Source of the DNA: Macrostomum lignano
Lineage: Eukaryota
Direction: 5' to 3'
Assembly: GCA_002269645.1 (NCBI GenBank)
Contig: NIVC01002333.1
Location: 1-64,000 of the forward strand
DNA length: 64,000 nucleotides
Shown in pieces: positions 63,590 to 64,000 of this stretch. Each line of letters opens with the position of its first letter. Within the stretch, counting starts at the first letter, position 1. The notes under the pieces were generated by a model. It was not told where the DNA came from. It saw only the letters and a list, made by a program, of their open reading frames with translations, and searched no databases. Position numbers and translations under genes: made by a program.

Positions 63590-64000
63590 GTCTGTCCTAG
63601 TGTCTATTTTAGTTTCTTGTCTGTCTCAGTGACTGTCTTAGTGCCTGTCTCAGTGTCTGTCTCAGTGTCTGTCTCAGTGCCTGTCTCAGTGCCTGTCTCA
63701 GTGCCTGTCTCAGTGTCTGTCCCAGTGTCTGTCTCAGTGCCTGTCTCAGTGGCTGTCTCAGTGTCTGTCCCAGTGTCTGTCTCAGTGTCTGTCTCAGTGT
63801 CTGTCTCAGTGACTGTCTCAGTGACTGTCTCAGTGACTGTCTCAGTGTCTGTCTCAGTGACTGTCTTAGTGCCTGTCTCAGTGTCTGTCTCAGTGCCTGT
63901 CTCAGTGACTGTCTCAGTGCCTGTCTCAGTGTCTGTCTCAGTGCCTGTCTCAGTGTTTGTCTCAGTGTCTGTCTCAGTGTCTGTCTCAGTGCCTGTCTCT
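63590..64000. repeat. 12-bp minisatellite (GTGCCTGTCTCA/GTGTCTGTCTCA)n, running off the window end
   Basis: Reverse complement of the SEL1L intron 5 unit. Confidence 0.95.

Overview
Eukaryotic (invertebrate metazoan) genomic DNA with spliceosomal GT-AG introns and a very heavy load of simple and tandem repeats. The style resembles flatworm genomes such as Macrostomum, but the species cannot be established from sequence alone. Four host genes can be reconstructed by hand. (1) A Scratch-family C2H2 zinc-finger gene (minus, ~3-3955) riddled with small deletions. (2) An ACBD3/GCP60-like Q-domain plus GOLD gene (plus, 25111-27755) that appears to lack the ACB domain. (3) A 10-exon SEL1L gene (plus, 29642-44719). 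(4) A 3-exon class A peptide-type GPCR (minus, 52284-60191). Mobile DNA includes a Mutator-like element with ~400-bp TIRs and an 8-bp TSD, nested hAT-like MITEs, a mariner relic and Penelope-like relics with minimal hammerhead ribozyme motifs. GPCR intron 1 also holds an intact, intron-containing Crypton/DUF3504-type tyrosine recombinase gene. This recombinase is the best candidate for an undescribed system: it is bracketed by two inverted pairs of the same 10-mer GGCAATGGCC, one inside a ~100-nt hairpin and one as a zero-spacer palindrome. Several satellites are built of transcription-factor sites (perfect heat-shock elements, E-boxes, MRE cores) or of 5' splice-site-like units. Most long ORFs in the supplied track are artefacts of stop-free repeat units. 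All exon models and motif calls were made by eye, with no database searches.
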